Assembly (NCBI GenBank): GCA_963769935.1
Contig: CAVYNY010000022.1
Span: forward strand, 256,001 to 320,000
From: an uncultured delta proteobacterium
GTDB lineage: Bacteria; Desulfobacterota; Desulfobacteria; Desulfobacterales; JAFDCJ01
DNA length: 64,000 nucleotides
Direction of reading: 5' to 3'
Shown here: positions 40,173-50,072 of the stretch, piece after piece
Layout: each line of letters starts with the position of its first letter
How positions within the stretch are numbered: position 1 is the stretch's first letter
Notes under the pieces: generated by a model
Told to the model about the DNA's origin: nothing
Database searches by the model: none
What the model saw: only the letters and a program-made list of their open reading frames with translations
Program-made: the position numbers and the translations under genes

Positions 40173-41554
40173 CTTTTCCCCCCGCCTTCCAACTCCTGCA
40201 GCAGCAACTCCCCCACCTTCCAGACATCTCCGGCGCCAAGGGTCAGCAAAACGTCGGCCGGTTTTAAATTTTGCTTCAGGTAAGCCGCCGCATCTTCGAT
40301 CCCCGCCGCATAAACTACTTCCCTGTGGCCGTGAGCCTGAATGCCTTCACCCAGCAACCGGCCGGATACACCTTCGATTTCTTTCTCGCTGGCGGCATAA
40401 ATCGGCAATACGAGCAGAACATCGCATTGGTAGAATGAACGCGTGAAATCATCAAACAGGGCCCGGGTCCGGGTGTAGCGATGCGGTTGAAAAACGACCA
40501 CTTTGCGTCGGCCGGGCCAGCATTTCTCAACTGCCTCCAGGGTGCTTTTAATTTCGGTGGGATGATGCCCGTAATCATCCACCACCGTGATATCATTTGC
40601 CTCACCCTTGATTTCCAGCCTGCGCTGGACGCCTTCAAGGGTTTCCAGCGCTTTTTTGATGGCTGCGAAAGGCACATCCAACTCGATGCCCACCGCGATA
40701 CTGGCCGTGGCGTTGTAGACATTGTGAAGGCCGGGCAGATTCAGGGTAATGCGGCCAAGCTTCTGCCCGTGGCAATAGACGGTGAACCGGCTTTGCCGCT
40801 TCTCAAACGTCACATCCCTTATCTGGAAATCGGCTTGGGAGTTCATGCCATAGGTTGTATAGCGTTTTTTAATTTTAGGGATCAAATCCTGGATCGGCTC
40901 GTTGTCCAGACAAAGGACGGCCAGACCGTAAAATGGTATCCGATCGATAAAGCTCAGAAAGACAGACTTGATGGCATCCAGGTCCGCATAAAAATCCAGA
41001 TGCTCACGATCAATATTCGTGACCACGGCTATGGCGGGCGAGTATTTCAAAAATGATCCATCGCTTTCATCGGCTTCGGCCACGATAAAATCACCCTGGC
41101 CCAAAACGGCGTTGGATCCGATACTTTTCAGCTTCCCGCCGATGACCACCGTCGGATCAAGCCCCCCACGGGCCAATACCGACGCCACTATCGAGGTCGT
41201 TGTGGTTTTACCGTGCGCACCGGCGATGGCCACACTGTATTTTAACCGCATCAACTCGGCCAACATTTCAGCCCTTGGAATTACCGGAATCGATGCCTGC
41301 TCGGCAGCCAGCACCTCGGGGTTGTCGCGGCTGACGGCCGACGAGGTTACGACCACATCGGCGCCGCTGATCTGGTCTGCCAGATGCCCTTCAAAGATAA
41401 TGCCGCCCAATGCTTTGAGCCGCTCGGTGATATCGGAGGATTTCAAATCTGACCCGGATACCCTGTAGCCCAGATTGAGCAGCAACTCGGCAATGCCGCT
41501 CATTCCGATGCCGCCGATTCCGACAAAATGGATGTGATATTTTTTTCGATACAT
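40166..41554 (-). CDS. murC: UDP-N-acetylmuramate--L-alanine ligase
   Basis: IHFVGIGGIGMSG, GAHGKTTTT, EADESDGSF, DDYGHHPTE. Confidence 0.97.
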   Translation of the reverse strand: MYRKKYHIHFVGIGGIGMSGIAELLLNLGYRVSGSDLKSSDITERLKALGGIIFEGHLADQISGADVVVTSSAVSRDNPEVLAAEQASIPVIPRAEMLAELMRLKYSVAIAGAHGKTTTTSIVASVLARGGLDPTVVIGGKLKSIGSNAVLGQGDFIVAEADESDGSFLKYSPAIAVVTNIDREHLDFYADLDAIKSVFLSFIDRIPFYGLAVLCLDNEPIQDLIPKIKKRYTTYGMNSQADFQIRDVTFEKRQSRFTVYCHGQKLGRITLNLPGLHNVYNATASIAVGIELDVPFAAIKKALETLEGVQRRLEIKGEANDITVVDDYGHHPTEIKSTLEAVEKCWPGRRKVVVFQPHRYTRTRALFDDFTRSFYQCDVLLVLPIYAASEKEIEGVSGRLLGEGIQAHGHREVVYAAGIEDAAAYLKQNLKPADVLLTLGAGDVWKVGELLLQELEGGGKRS

Positions 41555-41555
41555 T

Positions 41556-41610
41556 GTTTCGAGTTCCGTGTTACGGGTTGCGCGTTTTGCACTGCGTGTT
41601 TCGCGCTTTG
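41556..41610. repeat. 7-mer tandem array (gttNcgN)
   Basis: gtttcga gttccgt gttacgg gttgcgc. Confidence 0.65.
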
Positions 41611-41620
41611 GTTCGACTGG

Positions 41621-42736
41621 TCAACCTTTCAAATCATCAATCAACCGATAACAATCATCCACAATAAGCTTGGCGGCATCCGGCCTGCCGAAACGGCGGG
41701 CCCTGGCGGCCATATCATTCAAAGCTGCCGGGTGCGCGGCATAATACGCTATTTTTTCACTTAGAATTTTGCCGTTGAGATCTTTTTCATAAATCATTTC
41801 GGCGGCGCCTTTTTCTGTGAGGCTGCGGGCATTAAACACCTGATGGTCATCCGCCGCGTAAGGGAACGGGATGAATATGACCGCTTTGCCCAGGGCAGTT
41901 ATCTCGGCAACCGTTGTTGCGCCGGCGCGACATATCAGAAGGTCAGTCCGGCTGTAAATTTCGGCCATGTTGTCGAAAAAGGGTTGAACCGTGCAGCCAA
42001 TTTGATTCCGGCGGTAGGCTTCGCCGACCGTCGCTGCGTCCGTCGCGCCGGTCTGATGGACGAAATGCAGGTGTTCTCTTTCTTTCAGATTCGGCAACGC
42101 TTCCATGACCGCCATGTTTATCCTGTGGGCGCCCTGACTGCCGCCGATAATCAGAATCGTAAAATGCCGGTTGCCGCCGGCGTTTTTTTGCCCGTTTTGA
42201 CTGCGATCGGCACCTGCCAGCAATTCACGGCGCACCGGGTTGCCCGTCCACAGGATTTTTTTCGATTGCAACCGCGATCTAGTATTTTCAAACGAAATGT
42301 AAATACGTTTGGCAAAACGCGATAAAATTCTGTTGGTTATACCCGGCAATATATTTTGTTCATGAACAACAGTCGGTATTCGCTGCAGCCAGGCACCGAT
42401 TATTACCGGTCCGGCAGAATAGCTTCCGAGCCCGATAGCCAGATCCGGCCGGAATTTTTTAATGATCTGCCGAGATTGCGAAATTCCGATGGGAATTTTT
42501 ACGGTCGATTTCAGCTGATTCCATATTCCCCGGCCCTTAATGCCGGCGGCTGTGATACAGTCAAGTTCGAAGCCCGCTTTGGCAAGCACCGATCTCTCCA
42601 GCGGATTGCCGGTGCTTACAAAAATGATCCTGGTTGCTGCATTCCGGCACCGGAACTCCTGGGCAATGGCAATTCCGGGAAACAGGTGGCCGCCGGTTCC
42701 ACCGCCGGCGATCAGGATGCCGAGCGCACGATTCAT
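41621..42736 (-). CDS. murG: Lipid II GlcNAc transferase MurG
   Basis: GGGTGGHLFP, HEQN, GNPVR, GGSQGA, RAGATT; start set at MNRALG because the ORF-track extension is repeat-derived. Confidence 0.95.
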   Translation of the reverse strand: MNRALGILIAGGGTGGHLFPGIAIAQEFRCRNAATRIIFVSTGNPLERSVLAKAGFELDCITAAGIKGRGIWNQLKSTVKIPIGISQSRQIIKKFRPDLAIGLGSYSAGPVIIGAWLQRIPTVVHEQNILPGITNRILSRFAKRIYISFENTRSRLQSKKILWTGNPVRRELLAGADRSQNGQKNAGGNRHFTILIIGGSQGAHRINMAVMEALPNLKEREHLHFVHQTGATDAATVGEAYRRNQIGCTVQPFFDNMAEIYSRTDLLICRAGATTVAEITALGKAVIFIPFPYAADDHQVFNARSLTEKGAAEMIYEKDLNGKILSEKIAYYAAHPAALNDMAARARRFGRPDAAKLIVDDCYRLIDDLKG

Positions 42737-42791
42737 TGTACTGCCAGCATCATTTAAAGCGCTCTTTTCCTTAAGGCCGGCTTGCCCTATT

Positions 42792-42894
42792 GCTGATAGG
42801 CTTAAGGATTTTAAAAAAGCTGATAGCCGATAGCTGACAGCTGATTGTCTGAATGATGCAATCCTTGCTTTTCCATGAGCTATGAGCAATGGGC
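42792..42894. repeat. 7-mer tandem arrays (gctgata, atgagct)
   Basis: gctgatagccgatagctgacagctga; catgagctatgagcaatgggc; same families at 48288-48352. Confidence 0.75.
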
Positions 42895-42923
42895 TGGAAG
42901 CGTGCATCTTTTAACCTGTACCT

Positions 42924-44078
42924 TTATCTGCTCCGGTCGCCTTTTCTTTCCGCTGGATTTGAATATCGGTTCCCGGCGGCGCTGATATTCATCAAAATTC
43001 CAACCGATGCCATATTCAGCAACAGAGAGGTGCCGCCATAACTTAAAAAGGGCAGGGTGAGGCCCTTGGTCGGCAGCAAACCCAAGGTGACACCCATGTT
43101 GATGCATATTTGGAGACCCATGGCGACCGTCAGTCCGACGGCCATCAGCGATCCAAACGTGTCCGGCGCATGGCGTGCGATTTGAATGCCTTTGAAAAGA
43201 ACTACCACATAAAGCACGACGATAATCAGAACGCCTAACAGACCGAACTCTTCTCCAATAATTGAAAATATAAAATCCGTGTGGGGTTCGGGCAGATAAA
43301 ACAGTTTTTGATAACCTTTGCCGATTCCCACACCCCACAATCCTCCTGTGCCGAATGCCATCAGGGAGTGGACAATCTGATAGCCCTCATCGGCCGAGTA
43401 TTGCCAGGGATGAATAAAACTTAAAATCCTCTTCATCCGGTACTCGGCGCCGATTAAAAAGAAATAAGCAAATGGAATCAACAACAGCAATGATCCGAAA
43501 AGATGCCGGCAGGGCACCCCTCCGACGAACAGCATCAGCCATGTGAGCGTCGCCAGAATGACAACCGAGCCAAAATCGGGTTGTCTGATAATAAGGACGG
43601 CAAACACGGCCAAGACGACAAAATGCGGTATAAATCCAATGGAAAATTTTTTGAGTTTGTCACCTTTTTTTTCCAGTGAATACGCCAGAAATATTACCAG
43701 AGCAAAACGTGCAAATTCCGACGGCTGAAACGAAAATTTGCCGAACCGCAGCCATCTGGTAGAACCACCGGCCTCCAGACCGAGGCCGGTGAATTGAATC
43801 GCGATCAGGAAAATAAGGGCCAGCACCAGCAAGGGGTAGGTCAGCGGGCGATACCAGCGATACGGAAAATGCCGGCAGATGACCAGCCCGATAATTCCTA
43901 TCAGGGCGAAAAGCGCCTGCTTTTTCAAAAATAAATTGTCAGTGCCGAATTTTTTTAAGGCCACCGCCGAGCTGGCGCTGTAAACCATAACAATTCCAAT
44001 CCCGACCAGAAAAAGCACGGGAAAAAGCAGTCCGATGTCATAGGAAATATTATGTGCGATTTGTTTGTCGGAATTCAT
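42924..44078 (-). CDS. ftsW: Peptidoglycan polymerase FtsW
   Basis: MVYSAS, FQPSEFAR, QPDFGS, YLPEPHTDFIF, LPFLSYGGTS. Confidence 0.96.
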   Translation of the reverse strand: MNSDKQIAHNISYDIGLLFPVLFLVGIGIVMVYSASSAVALKKFGTDNLFLKKQALFALIGIIGLVICRHFPYRWYRPLTYPLLVLALIFLIAIQFTGLGLEAGGSTRWLRFGKFSFQPSEFARFALVIFLAYSLEKKGDKLKKFSIGFIPHFVVLAVFAVLIIRQPDFGSVVILATLTWLMLFVGGVPCRHLFGSLLLLIPFAYFFLIGAEYRMKRILSFIHPWQYSADEGYQIVHSLMAFGTGGLWGVGIGKGYQKLFYLPEPHTDFIFSIIGEEFGLLGVLIIVVLYVVVLFKGIQIARHAPDTFGSLMAVGLTVAMGLQICINMGVTLGLLPTKGLTLPFLSYGGTSLLLNMASVGILMNISAAGNRYSNPAERKGDRSR

Positions 44079-45514
44079 GATTTTTGCAATTTCAACTTTT
44101 CGACCGCCCGCCGGAAATCATCACCCCGCTGGGCATAATTGTCGTACATATCGAAGCTGGCGCAGCCGGGCGACAACAGAACGACATCACCCGGATTCCC
44201 CGTCTCATAAGCCTGGTCAACCGCGTCCGCCATGGAATCAGCCGCAGACGTTGCTGTGATATCCTCTAAGGCCTTGCGGATAAGATCCGCGGCCCGGCCC
44301 ATGACAATCAATTTTCTGGTATGCCGGGCGACGACCTCCCGGAGTTCCCTGAAATTGCCGCCTTTATCCAGTCCGCCCATGATCAAAACTACCGGCGCGT
44401 CAAAGCATTCCACCGCCCGGGCCACGGCATCCACATTGGTTGCTTTGGAGTCATTGAAAAATTCAACACCGTTTATCTCATCAATGTACTCCAGCCGGTG
44501 GGCACTGCCCTTGAATTGATCCAGGGTGTCCTGAATCGCCTGTGATCGGGCACCCAATGCCAGGGCCGCCAGGCCGGCGGCACAGGCGTTCTCAAGATTG
44601 TGCCGGCCCCTGAGTTTGATATTGGCTAGACTAAACGATATCGGATTGCGGCCTCCGGCCTCAAGGAGCCTGCGCCCGGGTGGAATACCGGAATTTACAT
44701 TTTGGATTCTTGCGGCCTCAGCGGTTAATTCATCCGAGCGCAATGTGATATGTTGATCATTTAAAATTGCACCTTCTTCATCAGGTGCCGGGTTTGGATA
44801 AATCAATTTACGCGCCTTGATATTGCCGGCCAGGGAACGAATTATTGGATCAGCGCCATTTAAAACGGCAACATCGTCGGCCTGCTGGTTTTCAAAGAGC
44901 CGCATTTTAGATGCGGCATAGGCGGCAAAATTCGGATAGCGATCCAGATGATCGACTGTGATATTCAACAGCACGCCAACCTGCGCCCTGAAACTTTTGA
45001 TGGTGTCCAGCTGAAAACTGCTGATCTCGGCTACGATGACATCCACCGGCTGCCTGCCGTTCACGTAGTCGATGAGCGGATTGCCGATGTTGCCGCCGAC
45101 AAAAACCTTAAAACCGGATCGGACCAGCATATCGCCCACCAGCTCGGTCGTAGTCGTTTTGCCGTTGGTGCCGGTGATCGCCACAATGGGCTGCCGGATA
45201 AAACGCGAAGCCAGTTCAATTTCGCCGATCACCGGAATTCCGCGTTCCCGGGCCTGAATGACCGGCTCGATCGTATGGGAGACGCCCGGGCTCAAGACAA
45301 TCAGGTCTGCTGCCTTAAAGGTTTCCGTCCGGTGTCGGCCCAGCTCCATGGGAATGCCCATGGCTTGGATTTCATGCGCCTGAGACGCCAGTTTGCTTTC
45401 GGCCGCCATGTCGGTTGCCACAACCGCCGCCTCCCTGTTCTTCAGGAATCGGGCTACGGCAATACCCGTTTTTCCGAGGCCTACGACAACAATTTTTTTT
45501 CCGGCAAGCTGCAT
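44075..45514 (-). CDS. murD: UDP-N-acetylmuramoyl-L-alanine--D-glutamate ligase (with repeat-derived in-frame insert)
   Basis: GLGKTG, ITGTNGKTTTT, EISSFQL, NDSKATN, LSPGCASFD. Confidence 0.97.
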   Translation of the reverse strand: MQLAGKKIVVVGLGKTGIAVARFLKNREAAVVATDMAAESKLASQAHEIQAMGIPMELGRHRTETFKAADLIVLSPGVSHTIEPVIQARERGIPVIGEIELASRFIRQPIVAITGTNGKTTTTELVGDMLVRSGFKVFVGGNIGNPLIDYVNGRQPVDVIVAEISSFQLDTIKSFRAQVGVLLNITVDHLDRYPNFAAYAASKMRLFENQQADDVAVLNGADPIIRSLAGNIKARKLIYPNPAPDEEGAILNDQHITLRSDELTAEAARIQNVNSGIPPGRRLLEAGGRNPISFSLANIKLRGRHNLENACAAGLAALALGARSQAIQDTLDQFKGSAHRLEYIDEINGVEFFNDSKATNVDAVARAVECFDAPVVLIMGGLDKGGNFRELREVVARHTRKLIVMGRAADLIRKALEDITATSAADSMADAVDQAYETGNPGDVVLLSPGCASFDMYDNYAQRGDDFRRAVEKLKLQKS

Positions 45515-45560
45515 AATCAATAATTTTACTAAAATGGTCGATTATTCATGTAGTTCCAAT

Positions 45561-45620
45561 CCGACCGCCTCGCTCTTGCTGGCAGGAGGGCAGGGCCTGA
45601 GCAAGGGCAGAGGCGGTCGG
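45561..45620. repeat. GC-rich hairpin element between mraY and murD
   Basis: ccgaccgcctc/gaggcggtcgg 11-bp perfect IR plus inner cttgct/agcaag. Confidence 0.7.
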
Positions 45621-45627
45621 AGCTTGG

Positions 45628-46707
45628 CTATCTGAGTTTCAGCGTACTCATGGCCAAAAGAGCCAGGGCAATGGCAATGATCCAGAAGCGGACGATTACC
45701 TTGGGCTCCGGCCAACCCTTGAGTTCAAAATGATGGTGCAGCGGCGCCATTTTAAATATTCTTTTGCCGCTGGTCATTTTAAAAAAACCGACCTGGAAAA
45801 TGACCGACAGTGCTTCAATGACAAACAATCCGCCCACCAGCGCCAATAAAATTTCCTGTTTAATTATAACGGCCACCGTTCCCAGCGCTGCACCCAGCGA
45901 CAGGGAGCCGACGTCGCCCATAAAAATTTCGGCGGGATAGGAGTTAAACCACAGAAAACCGAGGCCCGCCCCGGCCAGAGCCCCGCAGAAGATCGTTAAT
46001 TCTCCTGCGCCGGCCACGTAGTTTAACTGCAGGTAACCGGCGATTTTGACATTCCCCGTCACATAGGCAAAAATCATATAGGTTGCCGCTGCGATGATCA
46101 CCGGACCGATGGCAAGTCCGTCGAGACCATCGGTCAGATTGACGGCGTTGGACGCGCCGACAATGACAAATATTGCAAAAATTATATAGCCCCAGCCGAA
46201 ATCCGGTGAAATATTTTTGAAAAAGGGCAGGGTAACCTGCGTTGAAAAATTCGGGCTGGCATAAACCAAAATTCCGGTGATCAGAGCGACAATCACCTGC
46301 AACAGCAGCTTGCGCCGAACGGTAAGTCCTTTGCTTTGTTTTTTGACCTGCATCAAATAATCATCGATAAATCCGATCAACCCGAAACCCAGCAGAACAA
46401 GAAGTACGATCCATACAAATAAATTGGTCAAGTCACTCCACAGGAGAACGGAAACCGTAATGGCCAGCAAGATCAATGTGCCGCCCATGGTCGGTGTGCC
46501 GGCTTTGCCAAGGTGGGTTTTGGGACCATCATCGCGTATGTATTGTCCCACCTGCATCTTTGCCAGTTTGCGGATCATCCAGGGACCCAGCAGAAAGCAA
46601 ATGAAAAAGGCCGTCAGACTGGCATAGATGGTCCTGAACGTGATGTAGCGAAAGACGTTCAAGACCGTAAATGTCGTGTGCAGTGGATACAACAGGTGAT
46701 AAAGCAT
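45628..46707 (-). CDS. mraY: Phospho-N-acetylmuramoyl-pentapeptide transferase
   Basis: [37 protein letters not shown]. Confidence 0.97.
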   Translation of the reverse strand: MLYHLLYPLHTTFTVLNVFRYITFRTIYASLTAFFICFLLGPWMIRKLAKMQVGQYIRDDGPKTHLGKAGTPTMGGTLILLAITVSVLLWSDLTNLFVWIVLLVLLGFGLIGFIDDYLMQVKKQSKGLTVRRKLLLQVIVALITGILVYASPNFSTQVTLPFFKNISPDFGWGYIIFAIFVIVGASNAVNLTDGLDGLAIGPVIIAAATYMIFAYVTGNVKIAGYLQLNYVAGAGELTIFCGALAGAGLGFLWFNSYPAEIFMGDVGSLSLGAALGTVAVIIKQEILLALVGGLFVIEALSVIFQVGFFKMTSGKRIFKMAPLHHHFELKGWPEPKVIVRFWIIAIALALLAMSTLKLR

Positions 46708-46798
46708 TTTTAATCCCTACATTGCCTAAATTGTCTAAAATTAAGGGTGCTAACCATTTTTATGATCGCTGTATCCAATGACTAATAACAAATAACCA

Positions 46799-48229
46799 TT
46801 AACTTTTTATCTCTCCCGCCCGATCCTTCAGCCCCTGGACCACCTTTTCCATGGCCATGCCGCGTGAACCTTTTACCAGGACCCAGTCGCCGGGTTGCAA
46901 CCGGGCGATCAGATCTTCGACTATCTCCTCGCGGGATCCGGTGATGAAATCGGCCTCCGGCAGACCTGCATTGCGGGCGCCGGCTGCCACAGAATCGGCA
47001 TATTCTCCGTAGGCATATAATCGGCTGATTCCGGATTGGGCGGCCAGAGCACCGACCTGGCTGTGCAGCGGCGCCGCCTGCCGGCCGAGCTCCAGCATAT
47101 CCCCGGCGACAAAAATTCCTCTGGCCCCGGCGCGCACCGTGTTAAAGGCTGACAGGGCGGCCTTCATCGATTCCGGATTGGCATTGTAGGTATCGTCGAT
47201 AATGTGGATCCCGTTGGGTGTATGATGGATGTTCATCCGGCCACTGACCGGTTCAACCGCCTCCAACCCGGCTTTAATGTCAGCGGCCGACACCCCCAGC
47301 AGATTCCCGACAGCCGCCGCGGCCAGGGCATTGGTCACCATAAAGCGGCCGGGAGAATTCAGGCGGATGGATATGCGCGCTTCAGCAAGCTTCAGCATAA
47401 AGCATATTCCATTTTCTTTCTCGGCGACATCCTCCGCTCTGACTGCGGCATCCGGCGCAAGACCATAGAGACGCACTTGGTGGGCAGTTTGGCGGGCCAG
47501 TTGCCGTACCCGGGAATCGTCGGCATTGAGAACTGCTTTGCCGTTTGGGCGCAGACTATTCAATAGAGACCCTTTTTCCCGTGCGACCCCTTCAATTGAT
47601 CCCAGGCCTTCCAGGTGGGCCGGGCCGATATTGGTAATGACAGCGATATCCGGCATGCAGATTTCGGCCAATCTTGCGATTTCCCCCGGGTTGTTGGTGC
47701 CCAGCTCCACGACGGCCCATTGATGATCGGGCTCAAGACCCAGCAGGGTCAAGGGCAAGCCGATCTGGTTATTGAAATTTCCGGCCGTCGCCAGCGTGTT
47801 GTACTGCCGTGAGATGACAGCGGCGGTCAATTGACGGGTGGTGGTTTTGCCGTTGGAGCCCGTAATGGCCACAACCGAAGCCTTGGAGCGCCGGCGGTTG
47901 AAGGCCGCCATATCACCCAGGGCGCGGGTAGTGTCTTTCACCGCGACGGCCGTAACACCTTTTTGTTTCCACTTTGCGACAGGCAGTTTGCCAGCTTCCC
48001 GGCGGCTGATCACCAACCCCCGTCCCCCCTGTTCGACAACATCCGATGCAAAGGTATGGCCGTCATGAATCTCGCCGATAATGGCTATAAAAACGCCGTC
48101 GGCAGTGACTTTGCGCGAGTCGATAAAGATCCCCGCAAACGACTGCTGCAATTCGCCGCACAAAAGCTTACCACCGGTGGCTTCAAGGATCTCCCTGGTT
48201 GTCCAGGGTATGGGTCTGTCGCTGCTCAT
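46799..48229 (-). CDS. murF: UDP-N-acetylmuramoyl-tripeptide--D-Ala-D-Ala ligase
   Basis: ITGSNGKTTT, NFNNQIGLP, DDTYNANPESM, VKGSRGM. Confidence 0.96.
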   Translation of the reverse strand: MSSDRPIPWTTREILEATGGKLLCGELQQSFAGIFIDSRKVTADGVFIAIIGEIHDGHTFASDVVEQGGRGLVISRREAGKLPVAKWKQKGVTAVAVKDTTRALGDMAAFNRRRSKASVVAITGSNGKTTTRQLTAAVISRQYNTLATAGNFNNQIGLPLTLLGLEPDHQWAVVELGTNNPGEIARLAEICMPDIAVITNIGPAHLEGLGSIEGVAREKGSLLNSLRPNGKAVLNADDSRVRQLARQTAHQVRLYGLAPDAAVRAEDVAEKENGICFMLKLAEARISIRLNSPGRFMVTNALAAAAVGNLLGVSAADIKAGLEAVEPVSGRMNIHHTPNGIHIIDDTYNANPESMKAALSAFNTVRAGARGIFVAGDMLELGRQAAPLHSQVGALAAQSGISRLYAYGEYADSVAAGARNAGLPEADFITGSREEIVEDLIARLQPGDWVLVKGSRGMAMEKVVQGLKDRAGEIKS

Positions 48230-48287
48230 TATATTTTTACTTTTTTGAGGTTTCTCCTCTTCACTTTTTCGGAGAAATTATCAACTA

Positions 48288-48435
48288 TTAGCTGATAGCT
48301 GATAGCTGATGGCAAGATGGATTTTGGCCTGCTTTACTATGAGCTATGAGCTCTTGTATCTCAGTCCTCAGCACTTAGTTCCGAGCTCCGAGCGTCCGGC
48401 ATCGAGAATCAGGTATCCAGCATCAAACATCCAGC
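48288..48435. repeat. Polarised short-tandem-repeat mosaic between murE and murF
   Basis: gctgata x3 and atgagct x2, then ctcagNN, tccgagc, tccagca 7-mers. Confidence 0.8.
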
Positions 48436-50072
48436 TTCGCCAGCGCTTTTCTGGCCTCTTCCCGGTCATCAAAGTCTATCGTTTTCTTCCCGATAATCTG
48501 GTACGTTTCATGTCCTTTGCCGGCAATTATTACGGCATCGTTCGGCCTGGATGCCATTATGGCCAGCTCAATAGCGCGTCGACGGTCCGGTTCAACGATA
48601 TATCCTTTTTTATCAATCCCAGTTTTCACATCCTGCACTGAATATTGGATGCCGCCCGCCGCTTTGATCCCCGGTAATATCTGATCGATGATGGCAGCCG
48701 GCTCTTCGGTACGCGGGTTGTCCGATGTCACGATCGCCAGATCGCAAAGCCGGGCGGCAATCTCTCCCATCTGAGGGCGCTTGTCCCGGTCGCGGTCCCC
48801 ACCGCAGCCGAATACGCAGATGATCCCGGCCGGGGCAATTTGCTTTAAGGCGGACACCGCATTTTTCAGGGCATCCGGTGTATGGGCATAATCCACGTAG
48901 ACAAAACGTTCTGTAGCATTTTCGATCCGCTCAAGGCGGCCGGGTATGGCCGATAGTGATTCGACGCCGGCTTTAATTGCGGACAGAGGTATTTTCAGCG
49001 CTGCAGCCGTCCCGGCGGCACTGAGAATATTTGCGAGATTATGTATTCCCACAAGGGGAGTTTTGAAATCAAAACTCCCCTGTGGGGTGGAAACCCTCCC
49101 CTGGGTGCCCGTTAATCCATAGCGGGAGGTTTCGGCCTTAATTTCACAAGCAGGGGTCGATCCGGTTTTAATAATCGGCAATGACAGATCTTTCGCCAGC
49201 TCTGCCCCTTTGGGATCATCACAATTGATAACGGCCACCGCTTTATCTTTTTTGGGTCCGCAGTTCAGATACTCGGTAAATAGGCGCTTTTTGCAGGACC
49301 AGTACGCTTGCATGTCGCCATGAAAATCGAGGTGATCCTGGCTCAAATTCGTAAAGACGGCCACATCAAACCGGCAGTTTCTGATCCGGAATAGCGCCAT
49401 GGCATGGGAAGACGCTTCCATTACGACATGGGTGACTCCGGCCTGCAGCATTTCCGACATAATGCGCTGGAGATCCAGGGATTCCGGAGTCGTCACAGGA
49501 TTGGGGAACGTTTTGTCAGCATAGCGATAATTTATGGTTCCAATTACACCAACCTTAAAATCGGCGGCCGACAGGATACTTTCGATTAAATAAGCGACGG
49601 TGGTCTTACCGTTGGTGCCGGTGATGCCGATCAGGGTCATATGATCCGACGGCCGGCTGAAAAAACAGGCGGCCAAATCAGCCAGTGCCGTGCGGGTATC
49701 CCGCACGTGGACGATGATCGGTTGGCTTTGTGGCAACGTCGACCGGCCTTCTTTAAGAAAGGATCGATCCGGTTTCTTTTGGACCACCACGGCTGCCGCT
49801 CCCCTTGCCAGTGCCTGACCGATAAAATCATGGCCGTCCGCCCTGTGACCCTCAATGGCAACGAAAAGGCCATTTGGCTCCACTTCCTGGGCTCGGCAAT
49901 GAATTGAACTGATGTCGGTATCCGGCGAGTCGGCAGTGGGCATAGGACCAAGGGTATAGCGCACCTTGGCAACGCTTTTTGCGCTTTGCGCTTTGCCTTC
50001 TGCCTTCAGGCTGAATATTCCAATGGGTTCAATCGCTTTTAGTAAGGTTGAAAGCTGCACCTGCTCACCCAT
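48423..50072 (-). CDS. murE: UDP-N-acetylmuramoyl-L-alanyl-D-glutamate--DAP ligase (with repeat-derived in-frame insert)
   Basis: ITGTNGKTT, TTPES, VDYAHTPDAL, DNPR (DAP specificity), AGKGHE. Confidence 0.96.
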   Translation of the reverse strand: MGEQVQLSTLLKAIEPIGIFSLKAEGKAQSAKSVAKVRYTLGPMPTADSPDTDISSIHCRAQEVEPNGLFVAIEGHRADGHDFIGQALARGAAAVVVQKKPDRSFLKEGRSTLPQSQPIIVHVRDTRTALADLAACFFSRPSDHMTLIGITGTNGKTTVAYLIESILSAADFKVGVIGTINYRYADKTFPNPVTTPESLDLQRIMSEMLQAGVTHVVMEASSHAMALFRIRNCRFDVAVFTNLSQDHLDFHGDMQAYWSCKKRLFTEYLNCGPKKDKAVAVINCDDPKGAELAKDLSLPIIKTGSTPACEIKAETSRYGLTGTQGRVSTPQGSFDFKTPLVGIHNLANILSAAGTAAALKIPLSAIKAGVESLSAIPGRLERIENATERFVYVDYAHTPDALKNAVSALKQIAPAGIICVFGCGGDRDRDKRPQMGEIAARLCDLAIVTSDNPRTEEPAAIIDQILPGIKAAGGIQYSVQDVKTGIDKKGYIVEPDRRRAIELAIMASRPNDAVIIAGKGHETYQIIGKKTIDFDDREEARKALAKLDV

